Source of the DNA: Malacoraja senta
Lineage: Eukaryota
Length of the DNA stretch: 64,000 nucleotides
Direction: 5' to 3'
Assembly (NCBI GenBank): GCA_038087875.1
Contig: CM075991.1
Coordinates: 992,001 to 1,056,000, forward strand
In this document: piece by piece, positions 13,991 to 27,809 of the stretch
How the letters are laid out: every line of letters starts with the position of its first letter
How positions within the stretch are numbered: position 1 is the first letter of the stretch
Translations under genes and position numbers: made by a program
The notes under the pieces: model-generated
The model's input: the letters and a program-made list of their open reading frames with translations, nothing else
The model's database searches: none
What the model was told of the DNA's origin: nothing

Positions 13991-14299
13991 TTGAGGCCCT
14001 GCTTGGATCAGTCATGATCATGATCTTACTGGGGTGGCTGAAGTGCTACCTGACCCACCCTGCTCCTGTGGTGTTATTTATCAGCTGGATGGTTCCCTGT
14101 ATGAACCATAATCATAAAGAAATCTCAAGTACTTCTTGGCACCAATTGTATGAAATTGAAACAGAGCATTTTCCAGCCAGAACACACTGATGAACCACAG
14201 CTCCCAAGATGGCATTGAGCACACTTTGTTGCAAATAGCTGGCAAGAGCCAAGTGGAACATCCATACCAAAGCCAGAACATCTTATCAGTAAAACACAT

Positions 14300-15672
14300 C
14301 AACGCCTCTACTTCCTGAGAAGATTAAGGACATTCTCTTGAACTTCTACAGGTGTACAGTAGAGAGCATATTGACTGGTTGCATCATGGCCTGGTTCGGC
14401 AACTTGAACGTCCAGGAGCGGAAAAGACTGCAAAAGGTTGTGAACACTGCCCAGTCCATCACCGGCTCTGACCACCCCACCATCAAGTTTCAAGTTCAAG
14501 TTCGTGTTTATTGTCACTTAACCAATTAAGGTACAGTGCTATTTGAGTTACCATATAGCCATACTAAGTGAAAAGCAACAATACACACAGTCACATAAAA
14601 CAACATTTAACATACTCATCCATCACAGTGGAATCAACATTCCTCACTGTGATAGAAGGCAATAAAGTTCAGTCATCTTCCTCCTTTGTTCACCCGTGGT
14701 CGGGGCCGAACCCTCCGCACTTGTTCGGCACTTGCCGCTGCTGACGGTCCGATGTTAAAGTCTTCGCATCAGGATGATCGAAACTCCGGCGTCGGGACGG
14801 ATCGGAACACTCCGTGGCATGGAGCACCCGAGTCGGCCTCTTCTTGAGACCGCGGCTCACGGTGTTAATGTCCTCAGGCCCTTTGCTGCCGTTCCTCGGC
14901 AAAGGATCGCCCGCTCCGCTTGAAGCTCCGGGCCGGTCTCCAGGAACGGCCGCATCACTCCATGTTGTAGGCCGCAGGGGGAGCGGAGATGCGACACGGA
15001 GAAAAATCGCATCACCGTCGAGGTAAGAGACAGTAAAACGTTTCCCCCGATCCACCACCCCCCCACCCCCCACATAAAACATACCAAGAAACATTAAAAC
15101 ATACATCTAAGACATACTTAAAATAATAAAAACAGAGAAGGGACGAGACAGACTGTTGGCGAGGCGGCCATAACGGGATTTACCAGAGTCGTTGCCTCAA
15201 AAAGGCAGCCAGCATCATCAGAGACCCACACCATCCTGGCCACACACTCATTTCACCACTGCCATCGGGAAGAAGGTACAGGAGCCTGAGAACTATAACG
15301 GCCAGGTTCAGGAACAGCTTCTACCCTACAGCCATCAGGCTATTAAACACTACAACCTCAAATAAGTTCTGAACTACAATAGACTATTATTATTATTATT
15401 ATTATTGCACTACTATTGTTTGTTTTTTGAGTATGTGTATCTGTGTACACATATACTCTATGTGTGTGTACTTGTGAGTATGTGTACATATACACACTGA
15501 ACTTTTTTTTCTCTCTCGTTTATCATACGTGCTGTTATGGTTATATGGTTATATGGTTATATATTGTGTACAGTGTACTATGTTTACATACTCTGTTGTG
15601 CTGTGTTGCAGCAAGTAAGAATGTCATTGTTCTATCTGGGACACATGACAATTAAACACTCTTGACTCTTGA
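14300..15672 (+). mobile_element. Rex1/Babar-like LINE 3' part, interrupted at about 14484-15172
   Basis: NFYRCTVESILTGCIMAWFGN peptide; tail gacacatgacaattaaacactcttgactcttga. Confidence 0.85.
14484..15172 (-). mobile_element. Non-autonomous GC-rich retroelement with a LINE-type 3' tail
   Basis: Tail (GAACTT)n after gtgacaataaa; motif gccttctatcacagtg shared with 37060-37915 and 47340-48135. Confidence 0.65.
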
Positions 15673-16369
15673 TCCCACTCTTAGAATGAATGCTTAAAAA
15701 ACTCTCCTTCCCTGCATTTCTATTCACAATCTCTCCCCAATCTCTGCATTGTAGATCATTCTGTTCGACTCAGACTTTCCCTTTTTAGAGATCTTCCTCC
15801 TCTTCCTATTCTCTCTTCAATAATCTCTGAATCTCCCAAACTCATGGAATAGGAAAGCCCATCAAATTCACCTTACATTTACTTAGCAAATGCCCCAAGG
15901 AATTTGACAGGAACGTTATCAAACAAAAATCGACACTGATTCCGGGGAAATGTTTGGGGAGATAGCCAACAGCTTGGCCAAAGAGGTAGGTTTGAAACGG
16001 TGACCGAAAGGTTCAAAGGAAGATAGAGAGGAAGATTGATTTACATTGGGATTTTCAGAGCTAACGGCTTATTGCGAAAGGAACTATAGCCAATGGTGGA
16101 GTGATTCCATTTGGGGACAAACTGGGGTTCACAATGAGAGCAGCGCAGATATCTGAGGGATGACTCAGCTGTGGGAGATTAAAGTAGCAGTGATAGGCAT
16201 GGCCAGGGAGGCACCCTGCTAATGCCCACAATCTCCCACTAACCCAGTCTAAACATAGCTGTATGGAGACAGACACAAAAAGCTGGAGTAGGTCAGCGGG
16301 TCAGACAGCATCTCCAGAGAAGAGGAATAGGCGATGTTTCAGGTTGAGACCCTGGAGCATTTCTAAATG

Positions 16370-19300
16370 GCAAAACGGAGGGAGGGTTGGTTTAAACTGC
16401 ACGTATTTATTTTCATTCAAAGGGCCTGACGGGTAAGGCAGATGAGCTTAGGGCGTGGATAGGTACGAGCGACTGGGACGTTGTCGTCATGACTGAAACC
16501 TGCTTAAGGGAGGGGTAGGACTGTCAGCTCAATGTTCTGGGGTACAGGAGCTTCAGGAGAGACAGGGGTGAGGGAAAGAGGAGGGGGGTTTGCATTGTTG
16601 GTTAAGGAGGATGTCACGGCAGTGGTCAGAGGTGACATTATGGACGGTTCGTCTAGTGAGGCTATATGGGTGGAGCTGAGGAACATGAAAGGGATGATCA
16701 CCTTGTTGGGGGTGTACTACAGACCCCCGTATAGTCAACGGGAATTAGAAGAACAAATGTGCAGGAGATTGCAGACAGCTGCAGGTCAAATAAGGTTGTT
16801 GTAGTAGGGATTTTAACTTTCTCTATATAGACTGGGAAAATCATAGCGTGAAGGGTTTAGATGGGGTGCAATTCCTCAAAAGTATTCAGGAGAGTTTTCT
16901 TAAACAGTATGTGGAGGCCCCACACGTGAGAGGGCAACACTGGATCTAGTATTGGGAAAATGGGAAGGGCAAGTTTAATGAACTGTGTGGGAGGAGCCTT
17001 TTGGAACCAGTGACCACAGTTCGATTAGGTTTAAGACAGTTATGGATCGGGACGGAGAGGGTCCACATGTTAAAATGCTCAACTGGGGTAAGGCCAACTT
17101 TTGAGGGTATGAGAGAAGGTCTCGCTCAAGTTGACTGGAGCAGGTTATTTGAGGGAGAAAAACATCGGCCAAGTGGGGAGCTTTTAAAAGTGTACTGAAG
17201 AAAGCTCAGGATGTGTATGTCCCCGTTAGAGTGACGAGCAAAGCAGGCAAATGTGAGGAAGCTTGGCTGACGAGGGAAATTGAGACATTAGTCAAAAACA
17301 AGGATGCATGGGACAGGTATAGGCAGCTAGGATCAAGTGCATCCCTGGAGGAGTTTCGGGAACTAAGGAGTAAACTATAAAAGGAAATCAGAAGGGCAAA
17401 AAGGGGCCAGGAGATAGCTCTGGGCGTAGCAAAGCACCAAGTTTCCTGGGAGTACACATCACAGATGATCAGACATGGTCCACCAACACCATCTCCCTAG
17501 TCAAGAAAGCACAGCAACGCCTCCACTTCCTTCGACGGATGAGGAGAGCCGACCTCCCCCCTTCTGCCCTCACAACTTTTTACAGGGGTGCCATTGAGAG
17601 CATTCTTACCAGCAGTCTCTCAGTCTGGTATGGCAGTTGCTCTGCTGCTGACCAGAAGGCCCTACAGAGAGTGGTGAGGACAGCGGAGAAGATCACTAGA
17701 TCACCCCAACCAGCAATTCAAGACTTATACCCATCTCGCTGTCGCAAGAGAGCAACTAATATCATCAAAGACACCACCCACCCAGCACACAAACTGTTCA
17801 CCCTCCTACCATCCGGCAAGCGCTACCGCAGCATGCGGAGCAAAACCACAAGATTCAAAAACAGCTTTTTCCCTCAGGCCATCAGACTACTCAACACACT
17901 CAAGAAAATTCCATGAACATTACACAAAGACCAACTGACTGTCAAATTAACTTTAACCCAATGTCTGCAGTATGCTACTTGCACAGTATGCTATATTGCA
18001 CCTTTTATTAATGAATATTTTATATAATGTATATGTCCATTGTCTATCTTTATTGGTATACTGTCTGTCTGTGTTATAAATATTACTTGCACATTGGAGT
18101 ATGGGGAAACGCAATTTCAATCCTGTGTAACTACTTGTTACATTATTTGAATTGACAATAAAATTACTATTACTATTACTATTACTATATTACAATCCCA
18201 AAATATTTTATAAATACATAAGGGGAAAAAGGGTATCTAGAGAGAGAGTGGGACATCTCAGGAATCAAAGTGGTCACCTCTGTGTGGAGCCACAGGAGAT
18301 GGGCAAGGTCCTCAATGAGTATTTCTCATCTGTATTTACCGAGGAGAAAGACAGTAGGGCGGAGGAAATTGGAGCAGTCACTGGAAATGTCTTGAGAGCA
18401 GTCAGGGTGACTGTCGAAGAAGTACTGAAGGTACTGTCGTGTTCGAAGGTAGACAAATCTCCAAAGCCTGATCAGATATATCCGAGGATATTGTGGGAAA
18501 TTAGAGGGGAAATTGCGGGAGCCTTGATTGAAATTTACGAATCGTCGTTAAATACAGGAGAGGTGCCGGAAGACTGGAGGGTGGCAAATGTTGTGCCTCT
18601 ATTCAAGAAGGGCTGCAGGGAAAATGCTGGGAGTTAAAGGCCAGTGAGCTTAACATCTGTAGTTGGTAAGTTACTGGAGAGTATTCTGAGGGATAGGTTA
18701 TATAGGTATTTGGAACGGCAACGGCTGAATTAGGGATAGTCAGCATGGTTTTGCATGTGGGAGGTCGTATCTCACAAATCTAATTGATTTTTTTGAAGAC
18801 GTGACCAAAAAGGTAGATGAGGGCAGAGCTTGGACTTCAGTAAGGCATTCAACAAGATTCCACGTGGTAGGCTGCTCTAGAAGGTTAGATCGCATGGGAT
18901 CCAAGGAGAGATAGCTGAATGGATAGCAAATTGGCTCCATGGAAGGAAGCAGGTGATGGTGGAAGGTTGCTTCTCGGACTGGAGGCCTGTGACTAGTGGT
19001 GTGCCAGAGGGTTCACGGCTGGGCCCGTTACTGTTTGTCATCTACATCAATAATTTGGATGAGAACATACAGGGAAGATTAGCAAGTTTGCTGATGATAC
19101 AAAAGTTAGTGGTTTTGCAGATAGTGAAGATGGTTGTGAACGATTACAGCAGGATCTGAATCGATTGGCCAGGTGGGCAGAGAAATGGTTGATGGAATTT
19201 AATACAGAGAAGTGTGAGGTGTTGCATTTTGGGATGTCGAACAAGGGCAGGACGTAAACAGTAAATGGTAGGCCTCTGGGTAGTGTTGTAGAGCAGAGGG

Positions 19301-19985
19301 ATCTATGAGCACAGGTGCATGGTTCCTTGAAGGTCGATTTTCAGGTAGATAAGGTAGTCAAAAAGGCTTTTGGCACTTTGGCCTTCATCAGTCAGAATAT
19401 TGAGTATAGAAGTTAGGAGATAATGTTGCAGTTGTATAAGATGTTGGTGAGACCGCATTTAGAATATTGTGTTCAATTTTGGGCACCGTGTTATAGGAAA
19501 GATATTATCAAGCTTGAAAGGGTTCAGAAAAGATTTACGAAGATGTTAACAGGACTAGAGTGTGTGAGATTTTCGGAGAGGTTGAGTCTCTATTCCATGT
19601 AGCGCAGGAAGATGAAGGGAGATCTTATAGAGGTGTACAAAATGATGAGAGGAATAGATCGGGTAGATGCAGCGTCTTTTGCCCCGAGTAGGGGAATTGG
19701 GGACCAGAGGACATAGGTTCAAGGTGATGGGGAATAGATTTAATAGGAATCTGAGGGGTAACTTTTTCACACAAAGGGTGGTGGATGTATGGAACAAGCT
19801 GCCAAAGGGGGTAGTTGAGGCTGGGAGTATCCCACCGTTTAAGAAACAGTTAGACAGGTACATGGGTAGGACAGGTTTGGAGGGATATGGACTAAGGTGG
19901 GACTAGTGTAGCTGGGACATTGTTGGCCGGTGTGGGTGAGTTGGGCCGAATGGCCTGTTTCCACACTGTATCACTCTATGACTCT
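16370..19985 (+). mobile_element. Near-complete degenerate CR1 ORF2 with a nested Rex1/Babar fragment at about 17425-18190
   Basis: Endonuclease (GVYYRPP), RT and 3' tail occur in order. Nested ORF 17539-17916 (FYRGAIESILT...RFKNSFFPQAIRLLN) ends in (TATTAC)n. Confidence 0.88.
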
Positions 19986-20149
19986 CTCTGCTCCAGCCCA
20001 ATAGAGCTCTATAAACTGCAATTCTGATTTTTATATATCAAAGAGTCATATGTCTTACTTACAAATGTAGGTTATTACAATAATGTAACATTCTTTTGCT
20101 GATAGAAAGCTATTTGAGAAAATAAATAATTCAATTTTATATTCTTCTA

Positions 20150-20553
20150 TCTGGTCTCCCCTTAACTTCCAGCATTCTGGAGAATACAACTGAAATTTGT
20201 GCAACCTCCCCATGTACCTAATATCTCCTATTCCAGACAGCATTCTGGTCGTCTTCTTCTGCTCCCTCTCCAAAGCCTCCACATGCTTCCTGTAATGGGC
20301 CAACCAGTACTGCACACCATACTCCAAATGAGACCGAACAAAAGTTGTATAGAGCTGGATCATGATTTCCTGTCTGTTATATTCAATGCCCCAACCAATG
20401 ATTGCAAGTATACCATACACCTTCATTATCACCCTACTGTCAGGGAGCTATGGATTTGGACCCCAAGATCCCACGAGTTAAGGGTCTTGCCATCAGCTGC
20501 ATAACTTCCCCTTCCATTTGATCTCCCAAAGTACGACACCTCACACTTTCTCT
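20150..20553 (-). mobile_element. Old CR1 RT fragment
   Basis: ORF 20055-20432 contains FVRSHLEYGVQYW. Confidence 0.8.
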
Positions 20554-20971
20554 GTAACAATGTTATTCACTGCTTTTTCTTATAGACAAAAAGGTGCTGG
20601 TATGCATTTCTTTCCTCGCTTTTGGTGTCTATGATGGATCATTGTCCTATAAGCTGCATAAAATATGTATGGGCCTGACAGTGCAATTTAATTAATACAT
20701 TTAATTTTTTTAACTTTAGTAATCTTTCTATAATATAAACAAATTGAAAATGTTGTTTTGAACCTTTTTAGAGGTGTTGTAGTTACATGTACCATTACAA
20801 AACAATACTGTTGCTTTTCCTTTGCACCACATCTCCATTCACCAATTCTTGGATAATACCCCATTTCCCGAGGTTAAATGTAATACTTTCTATTACCACA
20901 AAGTTTCATTGTATTATCAGTAACACTGCACATCATCTAATTTGCAGAGACTATCATATTTAAAGAAAAAA

Positions 20972-23158
20972 CGAGACTAAGTGGGACCCGTTGCGTCCCA
21001 TTCTTACACAGGAGGCCTGGTCCCCCAACGCAATATTCCACCTCTCCACCAATTCCAATATTCCACCACACACGCATAACCCCCAACTGCGCAGGCGCGG
21101 CTGCGGGTTCACGTTGTGACGCCCCTGATCCCCCCTCCTCCCCTCACTCCCCCACTCCGCCCCTTGCCCCCCCCCCACTCCACCCCTTGCCCCCCCCCAC
21201 ACACTCACTCCACCCCCCCCTCAACTCTTAGCGGCTCTCCGGCGGCGCAGCCATTCCCTCCCATTGGGGTCACATTGTGAAGTAGAACACGCAGGTATTA
21301 CTGCGCAGGTGCAGCTGACGGGCACGGCAAATGGAAAGGGATTTATTAAAGCTTAAAATGTGAATAACTCTTAAAATATAACAACAATTTAAAGAGGAGA
21401 TTTATTCAGTCCATTCATTCTTGTTGCATCTCTTGTTGCATTCTGCAGCCGGGGGAGGGGGTCGGCTTCAGGCGGGGGGTGTCGGGGGCCGGTGGGGGGA
21501 GCGTCCTGCAGCCTGGGGAGGGCACAGCTTCAGGCGGGGGTGGTGGGGGAAGGGGGAGCATCCTGCAGCCGGAGGAGGGAGACGGCTTTAGGCGGTGGCC
21601 AATGTTGGGGGGCTTTCTGGAGTGCTAGTATGGGTGGTGTGCGGCGAAGAGACTGTTTTACAGAGGGCTAGTATGGACGTTGTGGGCCGAATGTATTCTT
21701 GGGCTAGTCCTGCAGCTGGGGATGGGGAGGCTTCAGGTGGGGGCCGGCGGGACCGCTCTGTACCTGGGGAAGGGGGACGGCTTCAGGAAGGGGCCGGTGG
21801 GGGGAGGGAGCGCTGCCGTGGCCTACCGCTGCCGTGGCCTGCCGCTGGGGTGGGGGTGTGTGCGAGGGGAGGGGGATGGGGGTGTATGGGCGGAGGTGGT
21901 GAGCCTTCTGGACTCACAGTTCACTCTGCCACGGCTTGTGGACTCACAGTTCACTCAGTCACGGCTTGTGGACTCACAGTTCACTCAGCCACGGCTTGTT
22001 GACTCACAGTTCATTCAGCCACGACTTGTGGACTCACAGTTCACTCAGCCACGGCATGTGGACTCACAGTTCACTCAGCCACGGCTTGTGGACTCACAGT
22101 TCACTCAACCACGGCTTGTGGACTCACAGTTCACTCAGCCACGGCTTGTGGACTCACAGTTCATTCAGCCACGACTTGTGGACTCGCAGTTCACTCAGCC
22201 ACGGCATGTGGACTCACAGTTCACTCAGCCACGGCTTGTGGGCTCACAGTTCACTCAACCACGGCTTGTGAACTCACAGTTCACTCAGCCACGGCTTGTG
22301 GACTCACAGTTCACTCAGCCACGTCTTGTGGACTCACAGTTCACTCAGCCACGGCTTGTGGACTCACAGTTCAGTCAATCACGGCTTGTGGGCTCACTGT
22401 TCAGTCACTCACGGCTTGTGGACTCACAGTTCAGTCACTCACGGCTTGTGGACTCACAGTTCAGTCACTCACGGCTTGTGGACTCACAGTTCAGTCGCTC
22501 ACGGCATGTGGACTCACAGTTCAGTCACGGCTTGTGGACTCACAGTTCAGTCACTCACGGCTTGTGGACTCACAGTTCAGTCACTCACGGCTTGTGGACT
22601 CACAGTTCAGTCACTCACGGCTTGTGGACCTCTGGACTCAGGCTCGACTTCAGGACTCGGCTTGACTTCCGGACTCGGCGCGACTTCCGGACTCGGCTTG
22701 ACTTCCGGACTAGGCGCGACTTCTGGACTCGGCGCGACTTCTGGACTTGACGCGACTTCCGGACTCACAGTTCAGGCACTCATGGCTTGTGGACTCACAG
22801 TTCACTCACTCACGACTTGTGGACTTACATTTCTGGACTCAACTCTCACACATGGCTTCTGGGCTGACTGACGGGCTGCCCGGCCTCCAGGGCTTTATTC
22901 TCCTCGCCCCCAGAAGGGACGTTACCTTCATGGTGATGACAGGCGAGAAGACCAATCTGCTGATCTCATGATTTGTTAAGCTATCATAACTTTTCTAATA
23001 TTCCACCGATCGGAACAAAACTTGGTGCGCTTGGAGCAGAGGAGAATGGTGAGTAAGATGGTGAAAAATCTTAGCGATATAGGGTACCGTTTGTGCGCAA
23101 ATTTGAAAACAACGCAGACCGGAAATGGTCAAGATGAGAGTTTTAGTAATAGTATAGA
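20972..23158 (-). mobile_element. Non-autonomous Helitron copy B carrying a 30-bp minisatellite
   Basis: Minus-strand 5' end A|TCTATACTATTACTAAAACTCTCATCTTGACC; 3' hairpin tgggacgcaacgggtccca, then CTCG|T (variant of CTAG); no TSD. Confidence 0.85.
21905..22830 (+). repeat. Minisatellite, 30-bp unit acggcttgtggactcacagttcactcagcc (about 24 copies), followed by about 6 copies of an 18-bp unit
   Basis: Directly visible periodicity; produces the repetitive ORFs at 21680-22871. Confidence 0.97.
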
Positions 23159-23170
23159 TATCTAATAGAA

Positions 23171-25575
23171 CTAGACTAAGTGGGACCTGTTGGGTCCCAT
23201 GATCACACAGGAGGGTTAGTCCCCCAATGCAATATTCCACCTCTCCACCAATTCCAATATTGGTGGCCAGTTGGTGGGGGGGGGGCTATCTGGAGCGCTA
23301 GTATGGGTGTTGTGGGCCAAAGGGACTGGTTTCCAGAGGGATAGTATGGACATTGTGGGCCGAATGGATTCTTGGGATGGCAGCTCAGTCACTCAGGCCT
23401 GGTGGGCTGGCAGTTCACTCACTCAGGGCTGGTAGCTCAGAAACTGCCAGAAATTCTGCCCAAAACAGATGATAGACTCCGTGAGAGAGAAGGGGGAGAG
23501 GGTGGAGAATCAATTCTAGACATTTTTTATCCTTTTTTACAGATCACAGCAATGAAGGAGGAAAGTCTATCCTGGCCTGGATCTCACAGGGAGCCAATGA
23601 AGGGAGGGAGAAAAATACTGGGGTGAGGTTTACTAGTTGCAGGGGAAATATACTGATGGGCCGAAGGGACTCCTGCTGGGCTACTATAGGCTTGATGTGC
23701 CGAAGGGGCTCTTTAAAAAATAAATCCGAGTGAAATCTCAGTGAAAGTCACTTTTTCTGGACTTTCCCTGGCCGAGCACGGGCCTATTGGGCCAAAATGC
23801 TCCTCCTGGACTAATATGGGCATTTGGGGCAAAAGGGACTGGTTTCTTGGCTAATAGGCGCCTTGTGGGCCGAAGTTAGCGGTTTCAGGCAGGCCAAACA
23901 ACTTATTTCATTTCAAACCCTACTCCCAATTCCTCCGACTACGCCGCATCTGCTCCCAGGATGAGGTGTTCCACACCACGGCATCGGAAATGTCCTCATT
24001 CTTCAGGGAACGGGGGTTCCCCTCCCCTACTATAGATGAGGCTCTCACCAGGGTTTCTTCAATACCCCGTAACACTGCTCTCTCTTGCCATCCCCCCACT
24101 TGTAACAAGGGCAGAGTCCCCCTAGTCCTCACCTTCCCACCCTACTAGCCGTCACATACAACAAATAGTCCTCCGTCATTTTCCGCCTCCTCCAACATGA
24201 CCCCACCACTCGCCACATCTTCCCATCTCCCCCCCTGTCTGCTTTCCGCAAAGACCGCTCCCTCCGTAACTCCCTGGTCAATTCTTCCTTTCCCACCCGT
24301 ACCACCCCCTCCCCGGGCACTTTCCCTAGCAGCCGCAAGAAATGCTACACTTGTCGCTTTACCTCCCCCCTTGACTCCATTTAAGGACCCAAGCAGTCGT
24401 TCCAGGTGCGACAGAGGGTCACCTGCACCTCCTCCAACCTCATCTATTGCATCCGCTGCTCTAGATGTCAGCTGATCTACATCGGTGAGACCAAGCGTAG
24501 GCTTGGCGATCATTTCGCCGAACACCTCCGCTCGGTCCGCAATAACCTACCTGATGTCCCGGTGGCTCAGCACTTCAACTCCCCCTCCCATTCCAAATCC
24601 GACCTTTCTGTCCTGGGCCTCCTCCATGGCCAAAGTGAGCACCACCGGAAATTGGAGAGCAGCACCTCATATTTCGCTTGGGCAGTTTATACCCCAGCGG
24701 CATGAACATTGACTTCTCCAATTTCTGGTAGCCCTCATTGTCTCCTCCCCTTCTCAGCTCTCCCTCAGCCCTCTGGCTCCTCCTCTTCCTTTCTTCTTCC
24801 CGGCCCCACCCTACATCAGTCTGAAGAAGGGTTTCGGCCCGAAACGTTGCCTATTTTCCTGCACTCCATAGATGCTGCCGCACCCGCTGAGTTTCTCCAG
24901 CAGTTTTGTCTACCTTCATTTCATTTCATTTCTATTACAGTTTCAAGCACAGGGCAGGCAAACAACTCATTTCATTTCATTTCCATTTCCATGTCCATTG
25001 CAGTTTCAAGCACAGGGCTGGCCAAACAGCTCATTGCATTTTCATTTCATTTCCATTTCCATTGCAGTTTCAAGCACTGGCAGGCCAAACAGCTCATTGC
25101 ATTTTCATTTCATTTCCATTGCAGTTTCAAGCACAGGGCAGGCCAAACAGCTCATTGCATTTTCATTAAGGGCTAACAAATCATTTATTGCAAGTACATT
25201 GCAGACCTCACAGTTCAGTTGATTCACAGCTTAGAATCACAGTTGTGGCCTCTCCCTCGCGATCTTCCAGAGTGACAGACTCACGCCCAGGTATCCGGGG
25301 TTTTACAGTCCTGCCCCCCCCCCCCCAGAAGGGGCGTTACCTTCATCATGGTGATTGACAGGCGAGAGGACCAATCAGCTAATCTCAAGATTTTTTAAAC
25401 ACTCATAACATTTTTATTTTTAATCGATTGGAAAAAATCCTCGGGGCTGCCTCAGCAGAGGAGGACTGTGAGTAAGATGGCCAAAAATCATAGCGATATA
25501 GGGTAGCGTTATTTCTAAAATCAATATACAACACAGAAAGGAAGTGGTCAAGATGAGACTTATTAGTTATATAGA
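23171..25575 (-). mobile_element. Non-autonomous Helitron copy C with a nested Penelope fragment
   Basis: Minus-strand 5' end A|TCTATATAACTAATAAGTCTCATCTTGACC; 3' hairpin tgggacccaacaggtccca plus CTAG|T. Confidence 0.85.
23919..24915 (+). mobile_element. Penelope-like element 3' part (GIY-YIG endonuclease plus pLTR)
   Basis: Peptide TCTSSNLIYCIRCSRCQLIYIGETKRRLGDHFAEH; hammerhead-like core at 24821-24848. Confidence 0.92.
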
Positions 25576-26101
25576 TATGAAACTTTTACAAATTAAAAGT
25601 TCTGCTATCTTGGACACTACAAAGTGATTCTGATGAGAGTGGAGTAGTACTCAGCTCCCATAAGAGAAACGGTAAATGAAATACCAAATATCAGTGTGAT
25701 TGTGATATGTGTAGGAAGGAACTACAGATGCTGGTTTACACCGAAGATAGATACAATATGCTTGAGTAGCTCAGCGGGTCAGGCAGCAGCTCTGGATAGA
25801 AGGAATGGGTGACGTCACCCATTCCTTCCATGCAGAAATACTGCCTGACCCGCTGAGTTACTGCAGCATTTGTGTCTATGATTGTGATATGTCCAGGTGA
25901 ACAGTGAAACAGGAACTTCAAAGCAAAAAGCAGATGCTGGAAATCTGAAACATCAACAGAGATTGGTGGAAGTACTCAGGTCAGGCAGAGAACGGTAACA
26001 CTAACATTTCAATGATGACTTTTCACCAGCACCTAGTCTCTGACTGCTGAGTATTTCCGATCTTTTCTCTTTTTATTATGGAAGGCAGGAAACAAGTTTT
26101 A

Positions 26102-26269
<168 letters not shown>

Positions 26270-26679
26270 TCAATAGGCAGGTCAGCCTTTCAGCAATGCC
26301 ATTAAAGAAAATAATTAAATTGACTCAGCAATGAGTTATTTTTCAATTTATTTCCTGTCTTATTGTGACATTTAAGATTCTAGTTCCTGCCATAAGTAAT
26401 TATTTCAGCATTGTCTTCTCAATATTCTGCATTGCTTCCTCAAGCAGTTCCTTAGGGTCAAGGATGACTTGCTCCCATTCTGAGGAGATTGATGCAGCTA
26501 AGTGGGTGATTGTGCCCATTTGGGATCTATAGACTGCACTAGTGGGCTGTTTAATTAGTTTTGATCATTTTTCTGCTGCTGAATTCAGATTCTATTCGGA
26601 ATATAAATCATTCCTTTTTAATACCATTTCAGAATCCCATTTTCTTGTCCAGGTAGAATTGATTTTATGGAACAGACAA

Positions 26680-27430
26680 CATTAAAACAGTACATCACAG
26701 ATCAGCTTCTTCGTCCAAACTGTGTGTGCCAAACATGATGTCAACCTCACTCCTCTAAACTGTATCACTCCAATTTGGCTCATTTCTTTAAAAAAATCCC
26801 CTCTCTCACCTGAAACCTATGCCCTGTAGTGCTGGACATTTCCACCCTGTGAAAAAGATTCTGACCCACTAATCTATCTCTGCTTCTGAAAGTCTGATAT
26901 ACTTCTATCAGGCCATCCTTCAGCATCTGATGCTCCAGAGAAAACAAGTATGTCCAACCTCTCCTTATGTTATAAAAAAAAAAAAAAATTTAAACATTAA
27001 AAAGATGAAAAAAGTGTCAAAACGACACTACAATCCCGGCAATATCCCAGTAGAATCATCTGTACCCTCTCCATAGTCTCTACGTTCTTCCAGTAATGCA
27101 GCAACTACAACTGCATGCAATATTTCAAATGTGGACTTTTGAAAGTTTTATACGACTGCAACAGCACTTCATGAGTCTTATCGTCAATGATCCAAATGAT
27201 AAAGATCAGCGTGCTCTAAACATGTTTTACTATTCTAGCTACTTATGTTGCTCCTTTCACAGAGCTATGCATTTCAACCCCAAGATTCCCTGATACATCA
27301 ATGCTCCAAAGAGTCCCACCATTTACTGCACACTTTCCTTTTACATTTGACCTCCCAAAATATACCTCTTCACACTTGTACAGATGAAACCCCATCTGCC
27401 ATTTCTCCATCCAAATTTCCAACTGATCAG
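26680..27430 (-). mobile_element. Old CR1 3' half
   Basis: KWQMGFHLYKCEEVYFG peptide and CR1-like 3' region. Confidence 0.7.
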
Positions 27431-27809
27431 TGCCTTGCCTGTGATTTATTCTTACCCTTGTCTGTAGACACTTTAATACAATCAATGGTCAACCTTCAGC
27501 TTGTGCAGCTTCCCATATTTCCTCACATAATGGAAGAAGCCATGTGGCTAATCAATCCCATTTCTCATCTTATTTTACTGTAAATGATTCCCTCTCATAT
27601 GCCGTTAACAGCTTGCTGACTCTTCTGCTACAGGAGGAGTACTTTACAGTGGCCAATTAACCTACAAACCAGCAGGTTCATTGAGACGGGAGAAAACTGG
27701 AACACCCTAGCGAAACCCATACTATCACAGGGAAAATATTTAATCATATCACAAACGGCACTGGAGGTCAGGATTAAACCCGGGTGGATGGCAGTTGTGT
27801 ATGTGATAT

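Noticed and set aside
21680..22750. 356-aa repetitive ORF (DSQFTQPRLV)n, and possible CRISPR-like periodicity
   Set aside because: It is a 30-bp head-to-tail minisatellite with no unique spacers and no cas genes, in eukaryotic DNA; it is open in several frames simply because the unit lacks stops.
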